From contig NC_087447.1 of assembly GCF_036321535.1 (NCBI RefSeq), positions 34,164,001 through 34,228,000 of the forward strand: a stretch of 64,000 nucleotides of DNA, in the 5' to 3' direction. A program made the position numbers and the translations under genes. The DNA is from Camelus dromedarius. Its lineage: Eukaryota. Shown one piece after another: positions 27,401-39,306 of this stretch. How positions within the stretch are numbered: position 1 is the stretch's first letter; each line of letters begins with the position of its first letter. Below the pieces are notes generated by a model. The model did no database searches, was not told where the DNA came from, and was given only the letters and a program-made list of their open reading frames with translations.

Positions 27401-28310
27401 GGAGGTTCTGATCTTATTCATGGTGAGAGGGCCGCCCAGTCTCCCGGAGCACTTTGGGGAGCAGGAGGCAGCTCTCCTTGGTCCCAGGGGAGGAGGGGGG
27501 TACATCCAGGACAAGCCCTAGGAAGCTTCCATACTACCAGGCACGAAATGCTTCCCAGAGACCTGGGCATGTCCCTCTGAGAAGTCGAGACCACTTTGCC
27601 TGGGAGGAATAAAGGAGAGCTCTGCCTATTACTGAAGAGTCCTCTAGGCTGTCTCAGTTTCTCTGTCTCCCAAGAATCATGGACAGAGACTGCTGCAAGC
27701 AAAGGTTTGTTCTCCTCCTTTCTGCGCCAGAGTCCCCACAGGGCTACTTACCTTCTTCCCCAACCTAAAAGCTTAGCACTACGCATAGTTAAAAATCATA
27801 TCCTTTTTTGGTAAAAGTTACATTATCAGAACACCAAGAGGAATGCTGCCTACTTCTCATGTGTAGCCAAGATATTCATTTAGCCAACTCACATATCTGA
27901 CTATTTCAAAGGGTGAAAACCCCTGTGTTCCTATCTCCCCTCACATCACTTCTGATGGGTAGAAAACCTTATCAGCTCACAAAATTCACACCCCAAGCAG
28001 CTTGCATTTCTAGAAAACCACCCACTGCATAGAGCACGTTCTATGAAAGTTTACTTTCAAATTCCAAATGCTATATTGCTTCTGTGTGTCTTCCGGGCCC
28101 CACACAGACAAACACTGCTATTTCAGCTGGCAACTGTGAAGACGACAGTATTTCCCCCACTTCATTAATACCTCTGCTAACAAAGTTCCCACCAGCCAAG
28201 CAGGTCCGTGTGACCCATGCCCATCACTCTATTTACAACCCCACATTCACCCAGAGGAACTGGATCTGCTATAAAAGAGGCCAGAAAGGAATCCCAAGAA
28301 GGTGGCTTAC

Positions 28311-28477
28311 CTTTCTCGTGGCTGCTTGGCGGTGGTGGTGGGGGAGGGGAGGTGACCGGTTTGGACTTGTCATAGTTGTTAAAGCTCTGGCTCCGCCGGT
28401 TGTTAGCAGCGGCTGACCCTCCGCGTGTTTTGGCCTCGCTGCCCGCAGCGGATACCCTCGCGGTAGGACCTGGAAGT
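28311..28477 (-). CDS. NAV2: NAV2 coding exon (167 nt): (R)LPGPTARVSAAGSEAKTRGGSAAANNRRSQSFNNYDKSKPVTSPPPPPPPSSHEK
   Basis: Acceptor ttttgcattttag|ACTTCCAGG, donor GAGAAAG|gtaagc. Phase 2 in, phase 1 out. The peptide is contained in ORF 28177..28494; local CpG retention fits a coding exon. Confidence 0.96.
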
Positions 28478-31400
28478 CTAAAATGCAAAAGCAACAGAGT
28501 AACGGCTTCAGTCTCAGAACAGCAGTTGTCTCAGAAGAAGGAACCGCAGCCATGCAGGACATCGGGTCTGTGGAGGTCTACCAGCCCGAGGATTTAATGC
28601 AACCGCCACAAACATCTAGGCTAGCAATGACCCCAGTAAAGTCCAAGAGCAAAGCACGAGCAATTTTCCTTTGAGCAGAGAGAGGAATTTTGAAGGAAAA
28701 GCATATGAATGTGTTTGCTGACTAAAAAACACAAAGCTCATCTTCCTTCTTCTCTTGGATGAGTAATTTTACTTTTCAAGAGGGCCAAACCACGTCGTCT
28801 CTAATTCTATCAAGGGTGGAACGTAAAGGCTTGTCAAGACTCTAAACTGTTTACTGTGTGTGGGCATCTCTTCTGGTAGGTACTAAAAATGGTCTTCACC
28901 ATAATCTAGGGATGTAAGCATCAAGAAAAAGACCTAATTTATCATGATCAGAAAGGGAGCTGCTACCTCAGAACCCAAGCCATCTGCAATGAAAACTTAT
29001 GGCCTGGATGGAAACACTTGTTCAGACATTCATTTTCCTTCGACACCTGACAGCCTATCTCTGTAGACATTGCTCTAAGTCTGAAGCCCAGGTTCTCTGC
29101 ACAGGAGATGGATAAAATCATGCATTTTTTCTGTAAAATGAGCAGGAATCTGTTAGTCTAAAGACAAACACACACTTTCTCTTTAAATAAAACACTTCAT
29201 TTTGGGGTGGTTTGGGAAATAAAGTCAGCAGACTAATTTCTGGTAATGTGTCTGAAGAATTATGGCCTATTCCCGAAAGACTTAAGGGTAAGACTTCCCA
29301 AATCAGAATTTTGGTTCAGGGACTACTAAGAGGACTGTTTCCAATCATTAAAGTTGAAAGATGAATAAATGACGAAATATTTAGTTATATCTTTCAGCTA
29401 AAACCCACTTAGCTGTGTTTTAAAGCCACTGGAACCTCAGCTGACTAGCATCAGATCTAGTGATAAGTCTGAATTTTCAACTCATAAAGCTTTCAGCCTT
29501 CTCTTTCCACACAAATCTGTAAGTACCAAAGAAGTCTGCAGTCTGGAAGCAGATATAAGCAGGCGAACACTTTAAACTTTTTCTTGTTGGCTGAGCAAGA
29601 AAGATGGTTGTAGAGTAAACAGGGAACACGAGCTGGTGTGAGAGGACTGTAAAATTTATACAGTTAAGAAGAAGCTGGCCCAATTCCTTAACTGGGAGCT
29701 AGCAGAGAAGGAAGGGGGTGAGTTCTTCCCCCAACAAGTGGCAGAGGGAAGGCCTCACCTCCCACCTCACTTGGAGGATTTGCACGTTAACCATCTTGTT
29801 TGGAAAAGATGGTCGCCCTATGAAGACAGGCACAGGGTAGGATGCAAAATCAGCAGTGCCAGTGCCTGTGTTTGGGGACCAGAGGCAGCCAGCTCAACAC
29901 ATCAAGGAGCTCTACCCAGCAGTGGGATCTTGGTACCTCTTGGTTCTGCTTCCCATGCAAACAGCATCCTGCAAGCCCTCCAAGATAGACACTGTTATTT
30001 GAGGACTCAGCCAGTGGCAGAGCTGTTGCAGGTGCAAACGTGGGGCTCCTTCAGGCTGGACTCTGCAGGAGTCTTTATGCCCACAGATAGGCCTGGGAAA
30101 GGATTATGGACTTGTTCCAAGATGATGTCATAGCAACAGTTTTAAGTGGTGCAGGGTAACACAGGTCACAGCAGTCTGCATCAGTGGGGAATTGGCAAAG
30201 AACAGGGAAGCCAAAGGCAACGAGGAGGGAGAAGATGCATTCCTTTCAGAGTTGCTATAGAGGCCCCCCCTGCCCTGACCTGGGACTGGACCACAGAATT
30301 TTTTTTAGGGCAGCACAGGGCCTTTATAGGGGCAAGAAATTAAAGTGCTGGATGGAATGGGCACAACCTTGAATGATGTAGGCAACCTGGTCCTCTGTGA
30401 TGCATTGTGGTACAATGGATAGAATATGGATTTTTCTCCATGTATTCGACCAGTCTGATAATCTGAGATTCATGTTCCAGATCTGTAACTTCAGAATAAT
30501 AATAAGTACACCCAGTGGGTATAACCTTGAAATGGCACTTAATGTCCAGCCTGTTGTAAGTACTCGATGCATGCTGGTTTCCCTTCCCATCCTCTCTGCT
30601 GAGCATAGATTCATAAAGAAATTGGACATTGTCATAAAGAAAACATGCTATGATAGCACAAAGAATCAGACAAATAAGGAAGGAAATGGATGGATTTAGG
30701 TTCAAGAAGCAGAAGAGAGCTGGACAAAAGTCAACACACAAGAGTCAGACATCAACATTTCCAAAGAGGCAAGACAGGCTTTGGCAGACACGATTCATCA
30801 TCTCCCAAAGGAACATTCGAGAAGAGAAACTGCTTCATCCAAGTAGCTGTGAAGAAGACCTGCCCCTGGGGGTACCTCCAAGCCATCTGTGGGCCCCACT
30901 CCCCAGAGGGACACATCCTCAGTCTTAGATTAACTGACACAGCACTGGTTTCCCAGGGGTGGTCACCACTGGATCCTCTTCCTCAAGTCAGGACCTAGAG
31001 GTGCTCCTTTGATGGGAGTGACTCATCCTTCAAATGGTTACAGGTGGTACCAAGTTTCCCGAGAAATGGAAGAAGCGGTCTTGAGGGCCTTGAGGACAGC
31101 TGACACGGTTGGCAAATACCTAGCTATCAAAACCCACCATAAAGCTCATGCCAACTCATGTCACCCTCTACCTCATCACCACTACACCCTAGTAAGGACA
31201 GCGCCCTTAACTGGACTGAATGGGAAAACTGGATGGACAACTTCTTCCAAGTGTCGGAAGGAATCTACATCAACACTGTGCTTTAAAACTTGGGTTCTTT
31301 TGTGAATGGGGTTGGACACTTGCTTCCTCCCAAGCAAGAACCCTCCATCCCTTTGCAGTTTTCAGCAGAGTCAGCCTCACAAAGGCCATGAATGAATGTG

Positions 31401-31604
31401 TGGTGGGTGTAAGGAAAAAAGCTTAATTTGGACCCACCCATGAGGGAACCAAAACACTCCTTGAGATGGATGAGTCCATCCACAATCTGAATTAACCAAA
31501 TGAATTGTAAATCCAGGATTTCAAAGCCAAAGGTGACCATGAGATCCTAAGATACCTGAGCAATCCTGGGAAGGGGACTGGACCTCACAAATTGAAGGAG
31601 TGAT

Positions 31605-31971
31605 GTGCTATGTTTGTGTTTTTGAGTCCCTCCTTACCCCAATTCGTATGTTGAAATCGTAAGGCCCAACGTGATGGTATTAGGATGTGGGACCTTTAGG
31701 AGGTGATGAGGTCATGAAGCAGAGCCCTCATGAATGAGATTAATGCCCTTATAAATGAGGATCCAGACGGCTAGCTCGCCTCTTCCACCATGTGAGGACG
31801 CAGTAAGAAGTCAGCAGTCTGCAACCTGCAAGAGGGCCTTCACCAGAATCTGATCATGCTAGCACCTCAGTCTTGGACTTCCAGCCTCCAGAACTGGGAA
31901 CAATAAATTTCTGTTGCCTGTAAGTCACCCAATCTGTGGTGTTTAAGATGGCAGCCCCAACAGACGACCAC
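31605..31971 (+). mobile_element. MLT1A/MLT1A0-like MaLR solo LTR
   Basis: aattcgtatgttgaaatc...gtgatggtattagga...gagccctcatgaatgagattaatgcccttataaa...cttggacttccagcctccagaact...aataaatttctgttg. Confidence 0.88.
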
Positions 31972-32257
31972 AGGGTTCTAGCTCAACCTTATCTAGATCT
32001 TCAGGGGCAGATTGATCCTAGCTGGCATCTTAATTACACATGTGCTGATAAAATATATGAAAGGTCAGAAGTAATTCAAAGAAGGAAAATGATGACATTG
32101 GGAGGTTGGTGAGATGTTCAGGGAAGGTTCCAAATAAAAGCCACCCCAGAGCACAATGTGGCATGTGGAATTGTTAGGTAGTTTAGATAGAAATGAGTAC
32201 TGGGCAGGGGGAGAGGAAGGGGAAAGGAACAATCCAGAACACAAGGAACCTGAGCTG

Positions 32258-32312
32258 TCAATTAACCAGAGCACAGGGAATCAATCAGTTAATCAATCAG
32301 TTAATCAATCAA
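32258..32312. repeat. (AATC)-based low-complexity tandem; 12-mer aatcaatcagtt repeated
   Basis: aatcaatcagttaatcaatcagttaatcaatcaacc. Confidence 0.8.
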
Positions 32313-32599
32313 CCACGAAACCAGGATATAAAAACAGGAGGAAAGAGAGAGCGGCGCCAGTTTTCCTCTCTTGGACTGGCCCGCTCCCAGTTCTCAGGAG
32401 TGTACTATCTTTCACTATTTAGTTTACTCCACTAATAAAATTTGCTTATCACGCTTTTTCCTGTCTCTCGTCAAAAATCTTTTTTTCAGGTGACAAAGAA
32501 CCAAGGTAATTCTTATTTTCCTTTTCTAGATAACAGAATGAGTGTCAGCCAGGGGCAAGAAGGCAGGGTGGCAGAGGGGTCATGTGGAGGGAAGTTTGC

Positions 32600-32625
32600 A
32601 AAAAAAAAAAAAAAAAAAAAAAAAA
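32600..32625. repeat. Poly(A) tract of about 26 nt
   Basis: Directly visible. Confidence 0.95.
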
Positions 32626-33709
32626 GCACAGAGGAAAGAAAGAGGTAGCATGTACTGGGGCCTGGGGGACAGCGTGGAAGGAAATGAGGCTGGAAAAGCA
32701 GGAGGGGCCAGCTTCAAAAGTCACTCTATGAATCTGGGACTTGGTCTTGTCCTCCAGCAATGAGGCATTCATCAGGGAGGCAGAGGATCTTCCAGTTTAT
32801 AGTGACACAGGCCCTTGGCTAACATCTTGAAGTTCATTATTGTTAACACCCTTGTGCATCGGGAGAACTTCTGTCAAGCCCCAGCCTGGAAGCCAGCTGC
32901 TGTCTGTATATTAGAATTCTTCTCTGCTGCAGAGCTGGGTCCTGCTCCTGTGGAACAGCTGCAGGTACCACAACAGATGCTGCCCCTGGTGCCTGCCTCA
33001 CTGAGAAAAAGTAGCCAGAGAGGAATGCGGCAAGTCAACCTCCAATCATTTACACCCTGCTACATTCAGAGTGCCAGTAGCCCAGTAGGTTCTGACGGCT
33101 CCTTTGCAGGAGGAACTCTGCTGCCCACAATCATTCCATATTCAGACAACACTTACAAAATGACAGAGGACACGGGTGGGTTCTATGATACACACACACA
33201 CGTTGCTTTTTTAAAGAAATGAAGTTTAAGGGAAGAGGTGTAATTAAGAGGAGGCAGAAAAATCCTGCAGCCCTGGGAACCATGGTCAACTTCTCCAGCA
33301 TGTGTGCAGTGGAGCAGGCAGGGGCAGGAAGGCTGTCACTCCTGGCACGTAACCTGCGCCTGCATCCTGGCGCCATGTGCTGTACGTGCTGATGGGCAGA
33401 AAGCGGTTCTTCTCCCTAAAACCACTTCAAAGGCCGGGAGAAGATGGCCCTCCCAGGAAGGAAGGCAGCTTGTGTGCACATGCTCAGGACCTCGGCGGGC
33501 TAGAGGTCATAATCAGAGCTGCTTTTGGAGACAAGATGATTAAATGCTAAATCTCTCATCTCTGTGGCATCTGCTTTTCAGCAGCTGGGTGGAGAGGACC
33601 AAACTACGAGTGGCAATGACTCCTCTCTGCGAGATGGTCCTGCTGAGATCAACTCTGTGGGACTTGCTAGAGTTGGCCCAGATCAACTCAAACCACCAAC
33701 ATCACTGTA

Positions 33710-33930
33710 TCAGCTATTTATGGTGCACTGATTACATGCCAGGTAGTCAAGGACTGGAAGTGACTTTATTTAATCCACATAGCGCTGTGATAAGGCAGGA
33801 TTACCCCATTTTACCAATAAGGAAACACAGGCTCATGGAAATTAGATAATTGGCCTGGATAACATAGTACGTGGTGAAAACCAGGTTTGCTAGGTTTGAC
33901 TGCAAAGCTGCACTCTTAATCATTACGCTT
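33710..33930 (-). mobile_element. MIR SINE
   Basis: ccccattttaccaataaggaaacacaggctc is a reverse MIR core. Confidence 0.75.
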
Positions 33931-34860
33931 CACTACTTCCCACAGGCAGAATAAGCCTAAATACCTGAGGCTCACCAGGGATGCCCAGAGGCAATATCGT
34001 GGTCAAAGGCAGAAATTCATAGAAATCCTTCAACCCTGCACCAGTTCCCTCCATAAGCCCCTTCCCTGTGGTGAGACTCAAGGGTGAGGCTTCCCACCCG
34101 GTTCAACATTCCTGCTGCCTGTCAAGGTGTTTGGCTCCAGCAGATGTTCAATCAATGTTTGCACCTGAACAAGAGACCTATTTCTGGCGCTCTGGGAGAG
34201 GTGTCCTACTCAGCCAGAGGGGTAGGGCTGTTTCTTTTGGCAACCAAACTTTACTGCTACTTTTGGTGGTGCCTGATCAGCTAAAATGCTTATCAAGATT
34301 GTGCTCAAGGCTAAGGGCGGGGAAGTGGGGTGAAGGTAAGGCAAGGATGAGTGTTAGGCAAATAATAAAATGAAGAACATCCCTTTATTGGGCTCATCAG
34401 AAACAATGTGTCCAAAAGAAACCCTAGGTGAGGGATAAGACCCTGACGGAAAGCCAGACCTTGGTTTCGGTCACCTCGGAAGCCCCATGCCCAGCATGCC
34501 CCCAGGGCAGGGCAGACACACCCTCATCCTTCAGTTCTTCCTCTCTTCCCATTCCCACCCCCCCCCTCCTCCATCATCTGGGACTGATAACAGATCATTC
34601 ACCGGATGGGCATGTGCTTCCAATTAGATACTTCCCCAGCCAGCTCCTGTTTTCTCTCTCTCTCCCAGAACTTGGCATCGTGGGAACAAACACCAGACTG
34701 CAGGTTTCTGCCAAGGTCCCCACCCCCACTTCCTTTCCTATGTATGGACATTGCGTGATGCTCAAAAAAAAAAGGGGGGGGGACCCAGTTTACCAGTGCA
34801 GCGGGGGTCTGTCTGACTTGGGCCTGTGCTGTCAGGGAAAGCAGTCACTCTCCAGCACGC

Positions 34861-35216
34861 TGCTATGGGCTCTCTGTGTCTCCCGCTCTGCAAATTCATA
34901 TGTTGTCACCCCAACGTGACGGTATCTGGAGATGGGGTCACTGGGAGGTAATTAGGTCACAAAAGTGGAGCCCTCATGATGGGATGAGTGCCTCAGAAGA
35001 GAGGCAGGAGAGCCCGCTTTCTCCCTGCTCTCCACCCTGTGAGGACACCGCAGGGACACGGCCATCTGTAAATCGGCAAGAGGCCTCTCATCAGAACCCG
35101 ACCGCGCTGGCACCCTGACCTCGGATTTCCCAGTCTCCAGAACTGCAAGAAGTGAATTTCTGTTAAGTCACTTGCTCTATGGTGATGTGTTACAGCAACC
35201 AGAGCTGGCTAAGACA
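34861..35216 (+). mobile_element. MLT1A/MLT1A0-like MaLR solo LTR
   Basis: Starts tgctatggg and ends ...gctggctaagaCA; internal gtggagccctcatgatgggatgagtgcc and ccagtctccagaact. Confidence 0.88.
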
Positions 35217-35644
35217 TGTGGCTATGAGATGCAGAACCAAGTCTGGGTAACATGCTGACTTATTCTACAGAGAAGCAACCACCCTGTGGCGTCTCCCCCC
35301 AGCCAGGAAGATCCTGAGTCGGGCCTCCCCCTGCATAAGCTTTTTTAAAAAGTTAACTCTGATTAGAAAAGGTACCCACTTAGAGCCTAAGAGAGTGGGT
35401 TCCGTATTTGTGACGCAAATACAGAGAGGGATGCAGCATGGGCATTCCTTTAGCTTTAAGTGAGAGTTTGACGAAAAAGAAATACCAGCCGTAACGCGGA
35501 GATTTCATCTCTGACAGGATGCCACAAGGCAATGGGAGGCAAAAGGCCAGGAGAAATGGTTGAAGCCTGAGATTTTAAAAAGCAGCCTCAACAACCACAT
35601 CAAGACCAGAATTCAAGGAGGTCCTCCTCCTTGAGGGGAGAGAT

Positions 35645-35865
35645 TAACACAGTGGTTAAAGTGAGGGTTCTGATTACCTGGTCTCAAATTTGGGTTTTTC
35701 CACTTTCTGTGTGACTTTAGTAACTTACCGAACTTAAGTTTTAGTTTGCTCATCTGTAAAATGGGGATAATAACATGACTTACCGCAAGAAGGCTGATGT
35801 GAAGATTAAATAAGATAATGTATTCAAACTAGTGCATGATAAGCATTTAATAAATGTTAGCTGTC
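35645..35865 (+). mobile_element. MIR SINE
   Basis: agtggttaaag...agtttgctcatctgtaaaatggggataata...gtgaagattaaataagataatg...aataaatgttagct. Confidence 0.88.
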
Positions 35866-36618
35866 GATACCTTTAGAACAACAGTAGATACAAGGATGTA
35901 ACTGCCATTTCCCATTCCCTGGAATGGGTCCTCAGAGGATGCAGCAGATGCCAAACTCTGAGTCAAGAGAATTAATTAGTGAGCAGTCCTAATTTTTATT
36001 TTCAGGAAACTGGGGTGATCCCTCCACGGTACACAAGAGCATCCAGAAATAAAAATAAGACAGAGCTGCCTTATTGCTTTGTCCCCTCTGAATAATCGGA
36101 TTCATGCTTCAGGTCTTTAAAACTCAAGAGAAAAACTAATCTCACATTAGTAATTCAGCAACAGCAACAATAACAAAAAACATCACACACAGAAATGAGA
36201 TGCAGGTGAGGTGGGATCGGGCCAGGACAGAGCAGGGGGCCAAAGTCATGATAAAACCACTGTGGAAAACCACCTAGAAACTCATCTCTCTACAAATCAG
36301 AATGGACTTTGACACCCCAGCAATCAAAGACAAAAATCAATGAAATGCAGAAACCTCACACACAACTCAGCCTCACTTACACTCAATCTCTCTCTCTCTG
36401 TCACACACACAAACACACACACACGCATGCCCCCCACCCTCAACAACCCCGCGGCCACCCTCGACTTTCCAACATTGGGTCATCAGCCAAAGCATGTTGG
36501 GTTTTCCCAAACTGCAAACATGACACAGGGAGAGGGACCAAAAGGAAATGCAGCCAGAACAAAGGGCAGGAGGAGTTGGGTTGAAACCATGCTTTGCAGG
36601 GTGTGGAGAAAGTCTAAC

Positions 36619-36687
36619 CTAGAGATCTTTTTCTGACCGAGAGTGAAGCGGATGATTTTGCTTTGTGATGAGTCCTTGGATGATGCA
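36619..36687 (-). CDS. NAV2: NAV2 69-nt symmetric (phase 2/2) cassette exon: (S)ASSKDSSQSKIIRFTLGQKKIS(R)
   Basis: Acceptor ttttttctttcctatcatgcag|TGCATCA, donor CTCTAG|gttaga. Length is a multiple of 3 and it is open in the NAV2 frame. The peptide is visible within ORF 36483..36824 and matches my recall of the insert in long NAV2 isoforms. Confidence 0.9.
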   Translation of the reverse strand, partial: CIIQGLITKQNHPLHSRSEKDL

Positions 36688-38384
36688 CTGCATGATAGGA
36701 AAGAAAAAAGTGGAAGAGGTGAGTGAGGGGAGAGAAGATGCATTAGACACACAAGCAAATAATCAGAGTACTGTGACAATGGGACCGGCTCCAGGGTTCC
36801 CCCCGCCCACTTTTCCCACAACATGCAGCTTTCTTTCTAGGTCTGACTTCTCTGATTTGATAAATCTCCACTGTGAAGAAATTGCTATCAAGATTATCTA
36901 AGAACTTGTGTGACTTTCTTTTTCTTTTAATTCCAAATGTCTTCTCTGCTATCAGTCACTATAAGGCCCTTCTTCCATAATAAGATGCTGAAGCTGGGGG
37001 TCTCTGACGAGTACACTTTGGCCTTTCCAACATATTTAGAAGCTTTGATTTCACATGCTTGTTCTACCAGGGTGCTTTTTCCATTAATATCCTGAATATC
37101 CCATAAAGTTGCCCCCCAAAAAAGGGTGGAGATGTTTGCAAGGTTTGCTGGTCTTGGGAATGTCTTAAAGTCTTCTGAACTTGCTAAATTCTGGGCTTTG
37201 AGCCATAAATTTATAAATATGAAGAATCATGGTTGGACTTCATAAAAAAGTTAAATTTATTTACTACCTTGTGAAAGATAGAAATATTTATCTTTCTTGC
37301 ATCCATATATACTATACCATGTTCATAAAAGGATCTGAGATGAGGAATGCAATGTTAGGAAGTGGAGAAAGAGACAACAGAGAATGAATTTTTTTTTTAA
37401 AGCAATTTTCTGGATTTTTCCTAAAAAGCTAAATACTGATAATATGTAAGGTAGACATAGATGGGGAAGAATTTCATGAGGTGGAGTGTGGGTCAAGTTC
37501 TCAGCCATCACATAAGGTACTGAGAAGAGCTGAATTTAAGAGAAGCTGCTCTGATTCCTTCATGCCAATGCCTCCAATTTCCTTGCTCAGCTTCCCCAAC
37601 TGCTTCATTAACACACATTATGGAAAAGTTGCCAAGTTTTAATATTTGCTATCCCAAGAGGTACGGTACTGAGGTGTGTTCATATCTGGCAGAGTTCTAA
37701 GGGAGGGGCAACCCAAACCTGGTATCTGGGTGTTGTGTCAACATTTGACATTGATGATCAAGGGTCTGAACCATTACCCTCGGGAGTTTGTCAGAATTTG
37801 AGAAGAGAAATACAATAGAACTAAGCCAGTGAAGCTATTTTACTATTCTTAAATTTACAGCTAGAGCATCAGCATGGGGTATCGTATTTCTAGACCTTGA
37901 GAACAAGATATTCTCTGGAAATAAAATTAGAAAGTATTAGTATATAATGGATAAAACCAGTCATTTGCAGAAGGAACCCAATCTGAGCCAAATAAAGGAT
38001 GAATGAGGACATACAGTAACTCCAAAATTTGTCTCCACATTACAGAGTGGGGCACCACGATGGCAGAAACTACTCTGGAATAAATGGATCTAAAAAGCTG
38101 GCTTAAATGAACTTGGCTCATCTTTAGGTAAGGCATTTACTAATGGTAGGATGTTTTTTCTTACTGGGAGATGGGTGTCCTGAATGGAACATCTGGTTCT
38201 TTTCAGAAGACAAATGCTTCCCATGGAAATGGATATCTCAGGCTGGCACAGCCCAGTGACACAAGCCCAGAGTTTTCTCAACACATGTTCCTGGAAACCC
38301 TATGCAATGAGATGCTCTATAAAACAAGAAGAGTTCTGTGGCTGAGTTTGAGAATGCTTCCTATGCCCTCTTCTGTGCACACAT

Positions 38385-39306
38385 GTTCCTTCCCCCAGCT
38401 TCCTTATCTTAATAAATATCACTATTTTCCTAGCTGCTTAAGCCAGAAATCTAACCTTTACCTGTGATTCCTCTCCCTCATTCCAGAGAGTCAATCTGCC
38501 TGTAGTCCTGTTGGCTCATCCTCCAAAATGGCCCAGAACTGGTCCATCTCTGTATCTGCTCTACCACCTTGATCCAAGCCACTGTCATCAAGAGGACCAC
38601 AGAAGCCTCTGAGCTGGGTCCTCCCTTCTGTTCTTGCTCTTCCAGAGTCTTATTCTCCAGAGAGGAGCAAAGGTGACCTTTTTTTTTTAAAAAAAAACTG
38701 TAAATCAAATCAAGTCTTTCTCCTGCTCAAGACTCTCCAATGGCTTCCTGTTAGCTTTAGGATGAAATATGAACTTTACCCAGTTTAATTGTCTCTCTGT
38801 GACCTGGCTTCAGGGCTACAGGACTACACAACTTCAGAGGACACCACTCACACTGTCTCCCACGTAAGTGGTGGCAGCCCTCTTTGCTTGCACCTCCCAC
38901 TTCCCTTTACCCACTGAACTCCAGCCACGTTAGCCTTCTTTCTGCTCCTCCAACCTGCCAAGCTTACTCCCACCACACGGCCTTTGCACCAGCTGCTCCC
39001 TCTGCCTCATCTATTCCACACCTGCCTGGCTAGCTCCTTGTCATTCATAGTTCCACTTTGGTGTCATGTCCTCAAAGAAACCTTCCTACCAATCCAACCT
39101 AAGTTATTAACCCAATCCCTCTGAATCTCATCATCTGATTGTAGCACCACTATCTGATATGTCTCTTTCCCTTTCATTTGCCTGCCTCCTCCAGTAGAAT
39201 GCCAGAGCAGGCACCTTAGATATCTCATTTCGCCTTGACCCCCAAGTACCTAGAACAGTGCCTGGCACACAGAAGGCATTCAAACACTAGCTGGATAAAT
39301 GAATGC
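38385..39306 (+). mobile_element. L2 3' region (~900 bp) with a small nested DNA-transposon-like insert at about 38811-38882
   Basis: ctcaagactctccaatggcttcc, ggcctttgcaccagctgctccctctgcc, tail cctagaacagtgcctggcacacagaaggcattcaa...gaatg. The insert is bounded by cagggct...agccct (MER91-like). Confidence 0.8.

Noticed and set aside
15665..27755. Other strong minus-strand donor-like sites (AG|GTAAGT near 15670, 26150 and 27750)
   Set aside because: I did not establish a convincing partner acceptor with an open NAV2 frame, and one lies in a MIR. Their frequency shows isolated donor matches are common here.
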